Assembly: GCA_963664015.2 (NCBI GenBank)
Contig: CAXXLF010000001.1
Location: 1,203,002 to 1,267,001 of the forward strand
DNA: 64,000 nucleotides
DNA from: Candidatus Binatia bacterium
Lineage (GTDB): Bacteria > Desulfobacterota > Binatia > UBA9968 > CAXXLF01
Reading direction: 5' to 3'
In this document: positions 55,546 through 64,000 of the stretch, piece by piece
Layout: every line of letters starts with the position of its first letter
How positions within the stretch are numbered: the first letter of the stretch is position 1
The notes under the pieces: model-generated
The model's input: the letters and a program-made list of their open reading frames with translations, nothing else
Told to the model about the DNA's origin: nothing
The model's database searches: none
Position numbers and translations under genes: made by a program

Positions 55546-55615
55546 GCCAATATAGATGAGACACTTATATTGGCAGAGAGGGGGGGGCTTGAAAAGGAGT
55601 AAAGGAGGCCACCCA

Positions 55616-56227
55616 ATGACGCGACGGGTTTCCCTAACTGGTTTCATCGAGAAGCAGTGGCTCGAAGATGGTAACCCGGAGCTCACTGTCGATGAACTGC
55701 TCGAACGTACGATTGCCGCAGACCAGAAATTACAGCAAGCTGGATTTAATCCAGCGGACCGATTCCGGCATTACCGCGAACAAAGCGATTCAGAGTCCAT
55801 GTTATGATACATCAAAGGCTTCTACCAATATCCCTTTGCGCCGAATTGCAAGGGACGAGAGAAAAGGCTAACGAGTGATCGACAAGCCGTTCAAACCAAT
55901 AGGTCTAGCAATTCATCTAGCCGACCAGTCACTGAGAAAGATGTCTTTTACAAGCTGAACCGGATTTACGGTGACATGGAAGAAGCAATTCAAAAACTAG
56001 ATCCGAATTCGGATCGTCAAAATCTAGCAACGAGAGTTGTTCATCTTACTAAACAGAGGGTTATCCCTGATTACATTGCTAACTTTATGCATAGCATCAG
56101 GACGCTTCGCAACCGAGTCGTTCATGAAGAATACTTCCCTAATAAGGATGAAATTTCAGCGGTCGAAGCCGCATGGGGGGCAATCGAGGTTTGGCGGAAG
56201 CAGACTCTTCCTAATCGAAATGGTTGA
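55616..56227 (+). pseudogene. HEPN-domain protein interrupted by an in-frame TGA at 55805
   Basis: AAGGAGG RBS; ORFs 55556-55807 and 55976-56227 share a frame with one stop between them; RNRVVH is an RxxxxH motif. Confidence 0.65.
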
Positions 56228-56612
56228 GCGGACAAATATAAAAGACTTTTTGTTTGTTTTTCGGGGTGAGGTTTTATTATTTCCTTCCTCGCACAAATAT
56301 GGGGCGACAATTGTGGCAAGAGACTGATGTTCCCCTGTGTGCCGTTCTTCTACATTAGCTGAATCGCAAGGCCGTGGCCCCATTCGTTGCTTTAGCCATA
56401 ACCGCTCCGGGATTTGGCCGCGCATAATCTATCAACAACTCGATATTGTGCGCTATCGCTATCAAGTAATCCTGAATCGGCGCCCGCAAACGACTACGCT
56501 ATCGCGCTGATTTCAGCCCGTATCGACTCCCTACATGCATGACGGTGTGGGGGTCAGACCTTGACATTTGACATGATTCATCTCGCCTTCTCAAAAGTTA
56601 TTGAACAAAGAC

Positions 56613-56800
56613 AAAGGGGTCAAGCTTCGGTAGGGTGGCAGTTGTAACGGCCGTCAAACCTGAGACGAGAAGACCCTATGCTTTGGTGGACTGTGCCCAG
56701 ATGGACAGGACATCCCACAAGAGAATTGGTATAATACAAGCTGGAATCCGAAAGGGAAGGAAGCCCGGAACGGCAAAAAGGCAAGGTTGCTCCCGGCCCT
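56613..56800 (+). repeat. Chimeric miniature element, copy C
   Basis: Colinear with the reverse complement of 38867-39050; preceded by GGGGGTCAGACCTTGAC near 56549. Confidence 0.75.
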
Positions 56801-57021
56801 GGAGACCGTTCCCCCCCCCCCGGCTGGTGTATAGGTCAGATGAGGTATCGGGTTGCTCCGTGTGCGGCTCATTGCGGAACTGGTTCGACGGCAAGCAATG
56901 GCGCTGTTGAACCTTGCTTGAACGGTTAATAAACTCCTTCGGAGTAGGATTTCCCGAATGCGGCCGACTCATTAATCGAGCTGCCGGGGGCATCCTTGAA
57001 TCTATCCCCCGTTGGAAACAA

Positions 57022-57492
57022 ATGATGATTGACGACGAGAAAAAGTCAAGACGCGAATTGAAAATATTTAGCGATTTCGTTTTGCGCTCGGGATTACCTA
57101 TTGATCCGAGTTCGGTAGAGAAACGCAACCCTCCAGAACCAGATATATTGTGCAAAGTTGGTAAAGAGGGTTTCTTGAGATTCGAACTCGTGGAAATTTG
57201 CGATGATAGTCTTGCGGAAACCATTTCCTATCAGCGTAAACTCAATAACCCGGGACCGGTATTTCTGCGGTTAGGAAATACTGGTGACTCAACCCTAAAA
57301 AATAAACGATCCAAACAGTATCTAACCAATTATCCTATCGAACTGCTCTGCTACACAGATGGACGGAACGTTTCACCACCAGATATGATCATTTCTAAGA
57401 TACGATTCTATTTCGATTGTGAACGTGGCCCGTTTCGGCGTATTTGGTTCATGGGTGAGCCTAACGAAACCTGTGAATGTATCATCGACTAA
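57022..57492 (+). CDS. Hypothetical protein, possible PD-(D/E)xK nuclease fold
   Basis: PEPDILC..FELVE pattern. Confidence 0.55.
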   Translation: MMIDDEKKSRRELKIFSDFVLRSGLPIDPSSVEKRNPPEPDILCKVGKEGFLRFELVEICDDSLAETISYQRKLNNPGPVFLRLGNTGDSTLKNKRSKQYLTNYPIELLCYTDGRNVSPPDMIISKIRFYFDCERGPFRRIWFMGEPNETCECIID

Positions 57493-57655
57493 AAGAATTT
57501 CGTCGAACGGTCCTCAACAATATCGCCCCAGCCCGTCGCGCCGTATCCGTGAAATGCTGGACTTCCTTCGGTGTGAGCGGGCGTTCTAGAATATCGCGTT
57601 CGCGGTATGAGAGCCATTTCTTGAGGACTTGGTAGCCGCCGAGCTTGAAATGAGA
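57482..57655 (-). pseudogene. Type ISP RM enzyme C-terminal remnant
   Basis: FKLGGYQVLKKWLSYRE..RPLT.KEVQHF. Confidence 0.75.
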
Positions 57656-57713
57656 GTCGGAGTGATGTTCTCTTGGCATGGTTCGCATAACGCAGTGCTG
57701 GAGACAAGCGGAC

Positions 57714-57830
57714 GGCATTGTCGGAGTAAATCGGCTTAAGCCACCTGGCGAGGTCCCCTAGCCTGTAAGAATGCAAAATCGCTTCCGTTATTTCAACAGT
57801 TCCCCCGAGATCATCCGGCTCGCAGTGATG
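57714..57830 (+). pseudogene. IS6 left end and transposase start
   Basis: GGCATTGTC end followed by MQNRFRYFNSSPEIIRLAVM. Confidence 0.65.
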
Positions 57831-57927
57831 AAGAAACCGGTGTCAAGTAACATGAAAAAAGGGTAGTGGGTCAGTTTGAAACCAAACCGTATTGACATCC
57901 GACCGGGAGCATGGGTAGACTCCAACC

Positions 57928-58146
57928 ATGGCTAAGTTGAAACGCCCACGCGATCCCAACCAACTCGCCAAGCTGATGGTGGATATTGCCACCGGTGAAG
58001 TTCAGGAGCCAGAAGAAACCGAACGGGCTAAGCAATCCAGAAAGGCTGGCGAGCATGGTGGCCCGGCTCGGGCAAACAATCTCACACCTAAACAGCGAAC
58101 GGATATAGCCCGACTCGCTGCGAATATACGTTGGAAGAAAAGCTAA
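57928..58146 (+). CDS. Small basic protein next to the left IR
   Basis: KRPRDPNQLAKLMVDIATGE..GGPARANNLT..R..IAR.AA..RW; TTGACA-N18-TAGACT just upstream. Confidence 0.75.
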   Translation: MAKLKRPRDPNQLAKLMVDIATGEVQEPEETERAKQSRKAGEHGGPARANNLTPKQRTDIARLAANIRWKKS

Positions 58147-58619
58147 ACGCTCTTTGCTTCGTCATCCGGCGCGTTCAATCGCCACTCAATATCCGGGGAC
58201 AGGTCCATTTGCAGACTAATGGGTTCTTCACTAGGATGCATTTTATTCCAGTACGTTAGATCTAAGGTGAGCTGGACGCCGTCTCCCACCATCTGCTCGC
58301 GTCGTTGAAATAAGGACTTATGCATGGCCCGGCGTGGTGCCTCATGGATGTCGATCCAAGTAAATAGGTTATGTTGTCCATTATGACGTACAGCATGGTA
58401 GACTCGGTAAGGCTGGCCGTTATCGGGATCAAATCCAAGTTCATTGCGAGCCGCATCCGCGAACTGCTTGGCTAACATATCCAAGGGACGTTTAGGTTGA
58501 GGCAGTGGAACGCCCTTTTTAACCGCCCAATTCGCAACGGCGAACATGTCGATTTCCGAGTTGCCTGTCTCGTCTTTGTACAAGCGGATCAACCGCTGCA
58601 TCTGTTGCATCCTACTCAT
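58143..58619 (-). CDS. Hypothetical passenger protein (candidate toxin/effector)
   Basis: GGAGG RBS; co-oriented directly downstream of the HTH-peptidase gene. Confidence 0.75.
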   Translation of the reverse strand: MSRMQQMQRLIRLYKDETGNSEIDMFAVANWAVKKGVPLPQPKRPLDMLAKQFADAARNELGFDPDNGQPYRVYHAVRHNGQHNLFTWIDIHEAPRRAMHKSLFQRREQMVGDGVQLTLDLTYWNKMHPSEEPISLQMDLSPDIEWRLNAPDDEAKSV

Positions 58620-58646
58620 GGTTATTTCCTCCAATTTTTAGAATAA

Positions 58647-59795
58647 TCAGTCCCCAACAGGCACCACGTTGCCCCATCCATCTGCGATCGCGCTTGTGGT
58701 GATGAACTTGTGCACCGCTACCAAATGTTTGCGGAAGAGGTCGTACCTGCCCGTCTTGTGTTGTAACTGTCCGGCTACTAATCCAGGATGGACGCCTAGC
58801 GTCGCCGCGAAGCCCAGCAAGTCCTGTTGGGCAAAAAATGGGGCCTTGCGCTCAATAAAGGCCGACATCTGCGATCTCGGAACGCAAAAATTGGCTGCCG
58901 CTTCGTTTGCAACGCGCTCTTCGTCGGTCACACTTGCGTCGACTCCTGCTTTGTCCCCTTCTAATTCGGCGTCAATCACCGGTCTATCAAAACCGTGCTT
59001 CTGCAACACGTGCTCGATTTCATGACGCAGAACAAACCAAAAATTATCGATCCGGTCGTATCTGAGAGACAACCCAATAACCGGCGACCGTTCGTTAAGC
59101 CAGAAGCAAACGCCGTCGATCTTAGCGGCCGCTAACGTTTCAACGATGACAAACCTGATTCCGCAATCCATGAGAATGCGTGGCACTTTGCGTAGATTTT
59201 CTGGATGACGCCGCAGCGCAGCCAGTTTAGAGATTGCTGCCTTTGCAGACCCTGGAGAGAAGGGTTTAACAAGCATTTCCTCAGCAATGCTGCGAACGCG
59301 GTGAAGCCAAGTCATCTGGACTGGCGTCACATCAGAGCCAACCTGAGTCTTTTTCGCAGCATGAGGCAGAATCTGTATCTGATCGGGGGTGTCGACACCG
59401 AAAAATGCGACAAGGCCACGCTCGATCTCAACGAAATTTCGGATATTTTCGGCTTTGATCCACCGGCGCTTGATCATTTCGTTGATCGGAAGCCCATTGT
59501 AGAGCCGCGCACGCAGTTCTCTCTTGGGATCGGGGCGAGCGGTGATCCGAGCCTTCTCCAAATCATATGACCTCTGAAGACTTAGGAAGTGATCAGCATC
59601 GACTCCGAACACCTCTGACAGGGAAAGCGCCATCGCAGCCGTGATCGGCTGGCGATCATTTATTATCCTATAAACCAGTGATTTGCTGCAATCCAACACG
59701 ACTGCTAAAGCTTCCCGTGTCCAGCCGCGCTCCTTCAACAAAGCATTTAAGAACTGACCTGGTGTCCTATATGAAGCTAGATCATCTGGCATCAT
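58647..59795 (-). CDS. HigA-like XRE HTH fused to an ImmA/IrrE Zn-peptidase domain
   Basis: TPGQFL..GWTREALA..ITAAMALSL HTH; KIDGVCFW, RYDRIDNFWFVLRHEIEH (HExxH), ERVANEAA. Confidence 0.88.
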   Translation of the reverse strand: MMPDDLASYRTPGQFLNALLKERGWTREALAVVLDCSKSLVYRIINDRQPITAAMALSLSEVFGVDADHFLSLQRSYDLEKARITARPDPKRELRARLYNGLPINEMIKRRWIKAENIRNFVEIERGLVAFFGVDTPDQIQILPHAAKKTQVGSDVTPVQMTWLHRVRSIAEEMLVKPFSPGSAKAAISKLAALRRHPENLRKVPRILMDCGIRFVIVETLAAAKIDGVCFWLNERSPVIGLSLRYDRIDNFWFVLRHEIEHVLQKHGFDRPVIDAELEGDKAGVDASVTDEERVANEAAANFCVPRSQMSAFIERKAPFFAQQDLLGFAATLGVHPGLVAGQLQHKTGRYDLFRKHLVAVHKFITTSAIADGWGNVVPVGD

Positions 59796-59878
59796 TTTGC
59801 CTTCCAGTAGAGAAAGTACCGCCACTATAGCAAACCGTCGAAGTTTTGCAACTATTATTTTCAAATTCACTTTTATGC

Positions 59879-59907
59879 TTGACATGTGGGGTGGGATGTA
59901 CTATATT
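59879..59907 (+). promoter_or_regulatory. Sigma70 promoter of the IS1 transposase, probably giving a leaderless mRNA
   Basis: TTGACA-N17-TATATT with the ATG 8 nt later and no RBS. Confidence 0.65.
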
Positions 59908-59914
59908 CAAGACC

Positions 59915-60796
59915 ATGAACAAGCTATCATCACAACAACGAGCGCACGTCCTACAACTCCTGTGCGAGGGCATGGCGATGCGCTCCGTTGTACGCGTCAC
60001 CGGAGTCAGCAAGAACACAGTTGCGAAGCTCCTGATTGACGCGGGGGCGGCTTGCCAAGCCTACCACGACATTCACGTCCGTGACCTCAACAGTCGCCGC
60101 GTCCAGTGCGATGAACTCTGGTCCTTCTGCTATTCAAAGCAAAAGAACGTGGATAGCGCCAAGGCGGCACCCGGGAAAGCCGGAGATGTATGGACCTGGA
60201 CAGCTATAGATGCGGACTCTAAACTAGCCGTGTCATGGCTGGTGGGCGGACGTGACGCTGGCTACGCCACCGAGTTTATGAACGACGTGGCCGAGCGGTT
60301 ATCCCTTCGGGTGCAGCTCACCACGGACGGTCATAAGGCTTACCTCGAAGCCGTGGAGAGTGCTTTCGGCACAGACGTAGATTATGCCCAGTTGATCAAA
60401 CTCTACGGCGCGTCACCCGAAGGGGAGAAGCGCTATAGCCCGGCAAAGTGCACTGGTATCCGCCTCAACACAGTGACAGGCAATCCAGACCCAGCGCACA
60501 TTTCGACTAGCTATGTGGAACGGCAAAACCTGACCATGCGGATGTCGGTGCGTCGGTTCACCCGGCTAACTAACGCTTTCTCAAAGAAGGTCGAGAACCA
60601 CGCACACATGGTGTCGCTTCACTTCATGCATTACAACTTTGTCCGCATTCACAAGACGCTGCGCGTTACTCCCGCGATGGCGGCTGGGGTCACCGAACGT
60701 TTGTGGGAGATGTCGGACATTGTATCTCTGATCGATGAGCGAGAGACGATGCGGGACCGGACCCGTGGGCCGTACAAGAAAGTAATTTCAAACTGA
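59915..60796 (+). CDS. IS1-family single-ORF DDE transposase
   Basis: N-terminal HTH, QCDELWSF, TTDG..Y, TSYVERQNLTMR..RRFTR..FSKK; stop lies inside the right IR. Confidence 0.92.
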   Translation: MNKLSSQQRAHVLQLLCEGMAMRSVVRVTGVSKNTVAKLLIDAGAACQAYHDIHVRDLNSRRVQCDELWSFCYSKQKNVDSAKAAPGKAGDVWTWTAIDADSKLAVSWLVGGRDAGYATEFMNDVAERLSLRVQLTTDGHKAYLEAVESAFGTDVDYAQLIKLYGASPEGEKRYSPAKCTGIRLNTVTGNPDPAHISTSYVERQNLTMRMSVRRFTRLTNAFSKKVENHAHMVSLHFMHYNFVRIHKTLRVTPAMAAGVTERLWEMSDIVSLIDERETMRDRTRGPYKKVISN

Positions 60797-60805
60797 CCCA
60801 CTACC

Positions 60806-61542
60806 AACCGCTTCTGGTTATAGACTTCCTCCAGAAAATAAGGAACCCTTTGCTTCACATCCTGCGCCGTCCTGTACTCCCACAGGTAGACTTCTTCATG
60901 CTTGAGCGTCTTCATGAAGCTCTCCGCTGTCGCATTGTCATAGGGATTGCCCTTGCGGGCCATGCTGATTAAGATCCCCGCTGCCCGCAACTCCTCCACA
61001 TAAGCATGGGCGGCGTACTGCACTCCGCGATCTGAATGATGGATACAACCCCAGGGCGGCCTTCTCTCCACTAAAGCCATCCGCAGAGCCATTAAAGTCA
61101 TCTCGGTATCGATCGATTTAGAAAGCGCCCACCCAATAACCTTACGTGAGAACAGATCCAAGATCACCGCCAAGTACAAAAACCCCGTGAGGATCCGGAT
61201 GTAGGTGATATCGGCCACCCATGCCTGGTTAGGTCTTGTGGCCCTTAGTCCCTTAAGGAGGTTCGGATAGACCCGATAGGGATGATCACTGTCAGTGGTC
61301 TTCACCCAGTGCCGCTTGACCTGGCATTGCAATGATTCCTCCCGCATGATTCTCGACACCCGCTTGTGATTAACCTTAAAGCCCTCGCGCCTCAGATGAT
61401 GGGTGACTCGCCGGTAGCCGTAACGCGGATACTCCTCCACTACCTGCTCAATCCGGTCCCGTAAGTCCGCCTCCTCAATCTCGTGGAGCATAGAAGGCTC
61501 CCGGGTTCGGTAATAAGAAGTGCTGCGCGCTATCCCCATCAC
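60806..61542 (-). pseudogene. IS3 OrfB (DDE), C-terminally truncated
   Basis: YGYRR, WVADITY, HHSDRGVQY, DNATAESF..LKHE. Confidence 0.9.
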
Positions 61543-61886
61543 TTCACACCCCCTATGGATGCTGCCAAACTCTTGGCCGTGATGGGTGACGAATTCTCTT
61601 TTCTCCGCCGCAGTGTGTACTCTACGGCTTTTTTTAAAAGATCATTCTCCATGGTGAGTCTGCCCACCATCCGCTCCAACTCCGCATTGCGCGCTCGAAG
61701 TTCCTTCTCTGGCAGAGAGGGGCCCTCCACCAGGCCCCCTTGTTCGTAGCGCTTCGTCCAATGTCGAATAAGTCCTGAGGAGATGTCGTAGCGGCGGCTC
61801 AGTTGGGCCAACGTGGAGCTCTCACTGAGGAGTTCCTCCACTACCTGCCGCTTGAAATTCGCTGTAAACCTTCTTCTCTCTGCCAT
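61539..61886 (-). CDS. IS3 OrfA
   Basis: RRFTANFKRQVV HTH and leucine zipper LERMVGRLTMENDLLKKA. Confidence 0.9.
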   Translation of the reverse strand: MAERRRFTANFKRQVVEELLSESSTLAQLSRRYDISSGLIRHWTKRYEQGGLVEGPSLPEKELRARNAELERMVGRLTMENDLLKKAVEYTLRRRKENSSPITAKSLAASIGGVK

Positions 61887-62057
61887 GATGAGATCCTTTC
61901 CCCTTCCCATCAGGCATTCTAACCTGCTCCCTCAAACTGTCCAACTGCAGGGGGTCAGTCCAAAAAGAGGCGGTAATTGCCGTATAATAATTACTTACAG
62001 TGTGACACCTAGCCTAGTCTGTGCTAGGCTGCATGGAAGTTATAACCCTTTTAAAAC

Positions 62058-62882
62058 ATGGCGGCGGGAGTAAAGAATTTACCAAAATACGAGAATCCAC
62101 CAGTTGTCGAACTGGTCTGTGGAATTCTATTTGAACCGCTCCAAAAATTTGTGACCCCTCATCTTGGCTTGCTTTGGGATAAGTTTAAAGATGAATATCC
62201 CATCCCTAGAGACGTAGTTCCCCTACCGCCCGTCGTGGAGACCTTTGAAAACTCTTCCGCTACTCCTCATGGCCGATGGGAGGGATTTCCCCTTTTCCCC
62301 CGAATCTGGCTGGAGCGCCAGGACGGAATTGGACTCATTCAAATCCAAAAGGACCGTTTCCTTCACAACTGGAAAAGGGTCAAAGTAGATGACGAATACC
62401 CGCATTACGTCAATGTGATCGAGAAATTCCGGGCTCATTTGGACTGTTTTGAATCATTTCTTCGCGAAAACAATTTAGGGGAAATTAAACCACTACAGTA
62501 TGAACTTACATACGTAAACCACATCGCCAAGGATGAAGGATGGAGTTCCCTCCGGGATTTGGGTAAGATTTTTCCTGACTTCCAATGGAGGACCAAAGGC
62601 AAAAGATTCCTAGTTGAGTGCGAGGGAATTAACTGGGAGACGAACTTTAGATTACCAAATCAAAAGGGTAGATTACACGCAAAAATACGCCATGGGATAC
62701 GTCAACAGGATCAGAAACCCATTCTGCTTTTGGATTTAACTGCCCGCGGGTTTGAAAATATTGGCACAAGAGAAAGCATGTGGGAGTGGTTTGAAATGGC
62801 TCACGAGTGGATAGTGTGTGGATTTTCTGATTTGACCGGCCTTGAGGTTCAGAAACAGAACTGGGGACGACAGAATGGCTGA
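62058..62882 (+). CDS. TIGR04255-family protein
   Basis: YENPPVVELVCGILF, PRIWL, LIQIQKDRF.HNW, YPHY, ELTYVNHI, LLDL, AHEWI..F..LT..W. Confidence 0.8.
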   Translation: MAAGVKNLPKYENPPVVELVCGILFEPLQKFVTPHLGLLWDKFKDEYPIPRDVVPLPPVVETFENSSATPHGRWEGFPLFPRIWLERQDGIGLIQIQKDRFLHNWKRVKVDDEYPHYVNVIEKFRAHLDCFESFLRENNLGEIKPLQYELTYVNHIAKDEGWSSLRDLGKIFPDFQWRTKGKRFLVECEGINWETNFRLPNQKGRLHAKIRHGIRQQDQKPILLLDLTARGFENIGTRESMWEWFEMAHEWIVCGFSDLTGLEVQKQNWGRQNG

Positions 62883-63627
62883 GGCTTCTCAATATTCCTT
62901 AGGAACAATAAGTACTGGTGATCTATTAGATGAAGGTCCCTCCAGTATCGAACTAGATTCGGGGACTCGTCTTGTAGATTTTCCAGGTCGTATTAGTGAT
63001 ACAAGTTGGTTTGTCTCTCAAGGTACAAAATCTTACTCACCTTCAGCCTCAACTTTCGTTGCGGGGAGAGCAGTAAATATCCATCGTCCGCATCGGAAAT
63101 TCGAAAGTTACCAATTGCCATTTTCTGAGGACGCACCGCTCTACTTCGATGATCCCGGTGAATTATCGGTTGTCCACTTAAACCCTTTTACCGCCAGTGA
63201 AAAAGAGATGACCGAATTTAAATCGCAGCTCGTATTCGATCTGGAAAGTGAAGCAGTTGAGGATGGTGTTGTCCATACAGCCGAGGTAGCAATCCAAAAA
63301 GCGTTGGATATGTACCCGCAAGATACACCAATGTGGATTAATGGACTTTTTTTAGAAATGTTATCAGAGCAAAAGCTGTCTTATGCATCGGGTTTACTTC
63401 AGTGCTTAGGCCGGATCAAACCTGATCGGATAAAGAGCATTACCAAACGACTTGTTACTAAGGGACTGAGCCATGAAAGCATTGAGCTGCGCGAGGCCGC
63501 TATTACCGTAATTGAACAGTGGGGTGGTGAAGACATGCTCGAAATATTGCATGGGCATAACGATGCTGTACCATGGATCGCAAAGTATGCACAGCAAGTC
63601 ATCCAAGATTTATCACAGAGTCGCTAG
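62875..63627 (+). CDS. Hypothetical protein: S/T/P-rich N-terminus plus HEAT-like helical C-terminus
   Basis: ATG overlaps the upstream stop; GLSHESIELREAAITVIEQWG..WIAKYA HEAT-like repeat. Confidence 0.75.
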   Translation: MAEASQYSLGTISTGDLLDEGPSSIELDSGTRLVDFPGRISDTSWFVSQGTKSYSPSASTFVAGRAVNIHRPHRKFESYQLPFSEDAPLYFDDPGELSVVHLNPFTASEKEMTEFKSQLVFDLESEAVEDGVVHTAEVAIQKALDMYPQDTPMWINGLFLEMLSEQKLSYASGLLQCLGRIKPDRIKSITKRLVTKGLSHESIELREAAITVIEQWGGEDMLEILHGHNDAVPWIAKYAQQVIQDLSQSR

Positions 63628-63638
63628 ACTAGAGACAA

Positions 63639-64000
63639 ATGGATCACGTCGCAAGGAAGTTCAGCAGAGCCAAATGGGAAATACTGCCCTTCATGAATAG
63701 TAATGATGTTGCTGCTGATGCAATAACATCATGTCTGAAGACCACCGATAATACACTCTCAGTTTGGGATTGCAATGTCGAACAGAGCACTATCGAGGAG
63801 GTAGTTTTAGCATTAGCCACAGGCCCCAATTCCTGCTTAGATAAACTGCACATCTTGGCTCTTTCTAAAAATGATCTTCAAGCTAAGGGACTGACCTTGA
63901 AACAAAGTAACGGCGGGACTTTCGTACAAGATTTAAAGAATAGGCATCTAGATATGATTAAGTTAACACTCGCTAAATTATCAAAAGTGGCACAACTAAT
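63639..64000 (+). CDS. Hypothetical protein, possible ADP-ribosyltransferase fold (3' end outside window)
   Basis: Absent from the ORF track; open to the window end: MDHVARKFSRAKW..ADAITSCLKTTDNTLSVW..RHLD. Confidence 0.65.
   Translation, partial: MDHVARKFSRAKWEILPFMNSNDVAADAITSCLKTTDNTLSVWDCNVEQSTIEEVVLALATGPNSCLDKLHILALSKNDLQAKGLTLKQSNGGTFVQDLKNRHLDMIKLTLAKLSKVAQL

Larger units (their letters stand above)
57862..60805 (+). mobile_element. IS1-family element with passenger genes (2944 bp)
   Basis: Perfect 20-bp IRs GGTAGTGGGTCAGTTTGAAA (57862-57881) and its reverse complement (60786-60805); no target duplication. Confidence 0.92.
60806..61962 (-). mobile_element. IS3-family element, right end removed by the IS1 element
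   Basis: IRL TGGACTGACCCC.. ends at 61962; orfA and orfB present; orfB breaks at YNQKRL. Confidence 0.88.

Noticed and set aside
39489-55807. Genome-wide TGA recoding suggested by two in-frame TGAs
   Set aside because: Core genes such as hemW, ptsH and nadK-region neighbours end normally, several at TGA; isolated nonsense changes suffice
60649-60805. Apparent C-terminal extension of IS3 OrfB
   Set aside because: Read-through into the IS1 right end after truncation

Overview
The window has two parts. 1-20.5 kb is core genome of a Gram-negative, deltaproteobacteria-like bacterium: hemW, ahcY, metK, ptsH-rapZ-ptsN-rpoN, lptBAC, kdsC/D/A, pyrG, kdsB, phnDCE, a nitroreductase, nadK, recN and tRNA-Ala(GGC). 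From the tRNA to the end is a mosaic accessory region. It starts with a ~8.3 kb capsid-less, satellite-like integrative element with recognisable arm-type sites, a degenerate attR and a lambda-style iteron origin. Next come a type I RM locus whose HsdM lacks the SAM-binding motif I and a surface lipoprotein gene behind a long structured leader. Two near-identical 1449-bp DDE IS copies then bracket exported and outer-membrane protein genes. Further on are an AapJQMP amino-acid transporter, an ERG4/ERG24-type sterol reductase and many truncated defence-gene remnants. A chimeric IS110/RAYT miniature element recurs across this region. Near the end are a 2944-bp IS1-family element carrying an HTH-ImmA/IrrE passenger pair and a truncated IS3. 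At the right edge is a three-gene operon (TIGR04255 protein, a protein with a disordered N-terminus and HEAT-like C-terminus, and an ART-like protein) that is my best candidate for an undescribed defence or toxin-antitoxin-chaperone system. All family assignments come from motif recognition, not database searches. A 1-bp frameshift in essential metK suggests some indels in this sequence may be sequencing errors.
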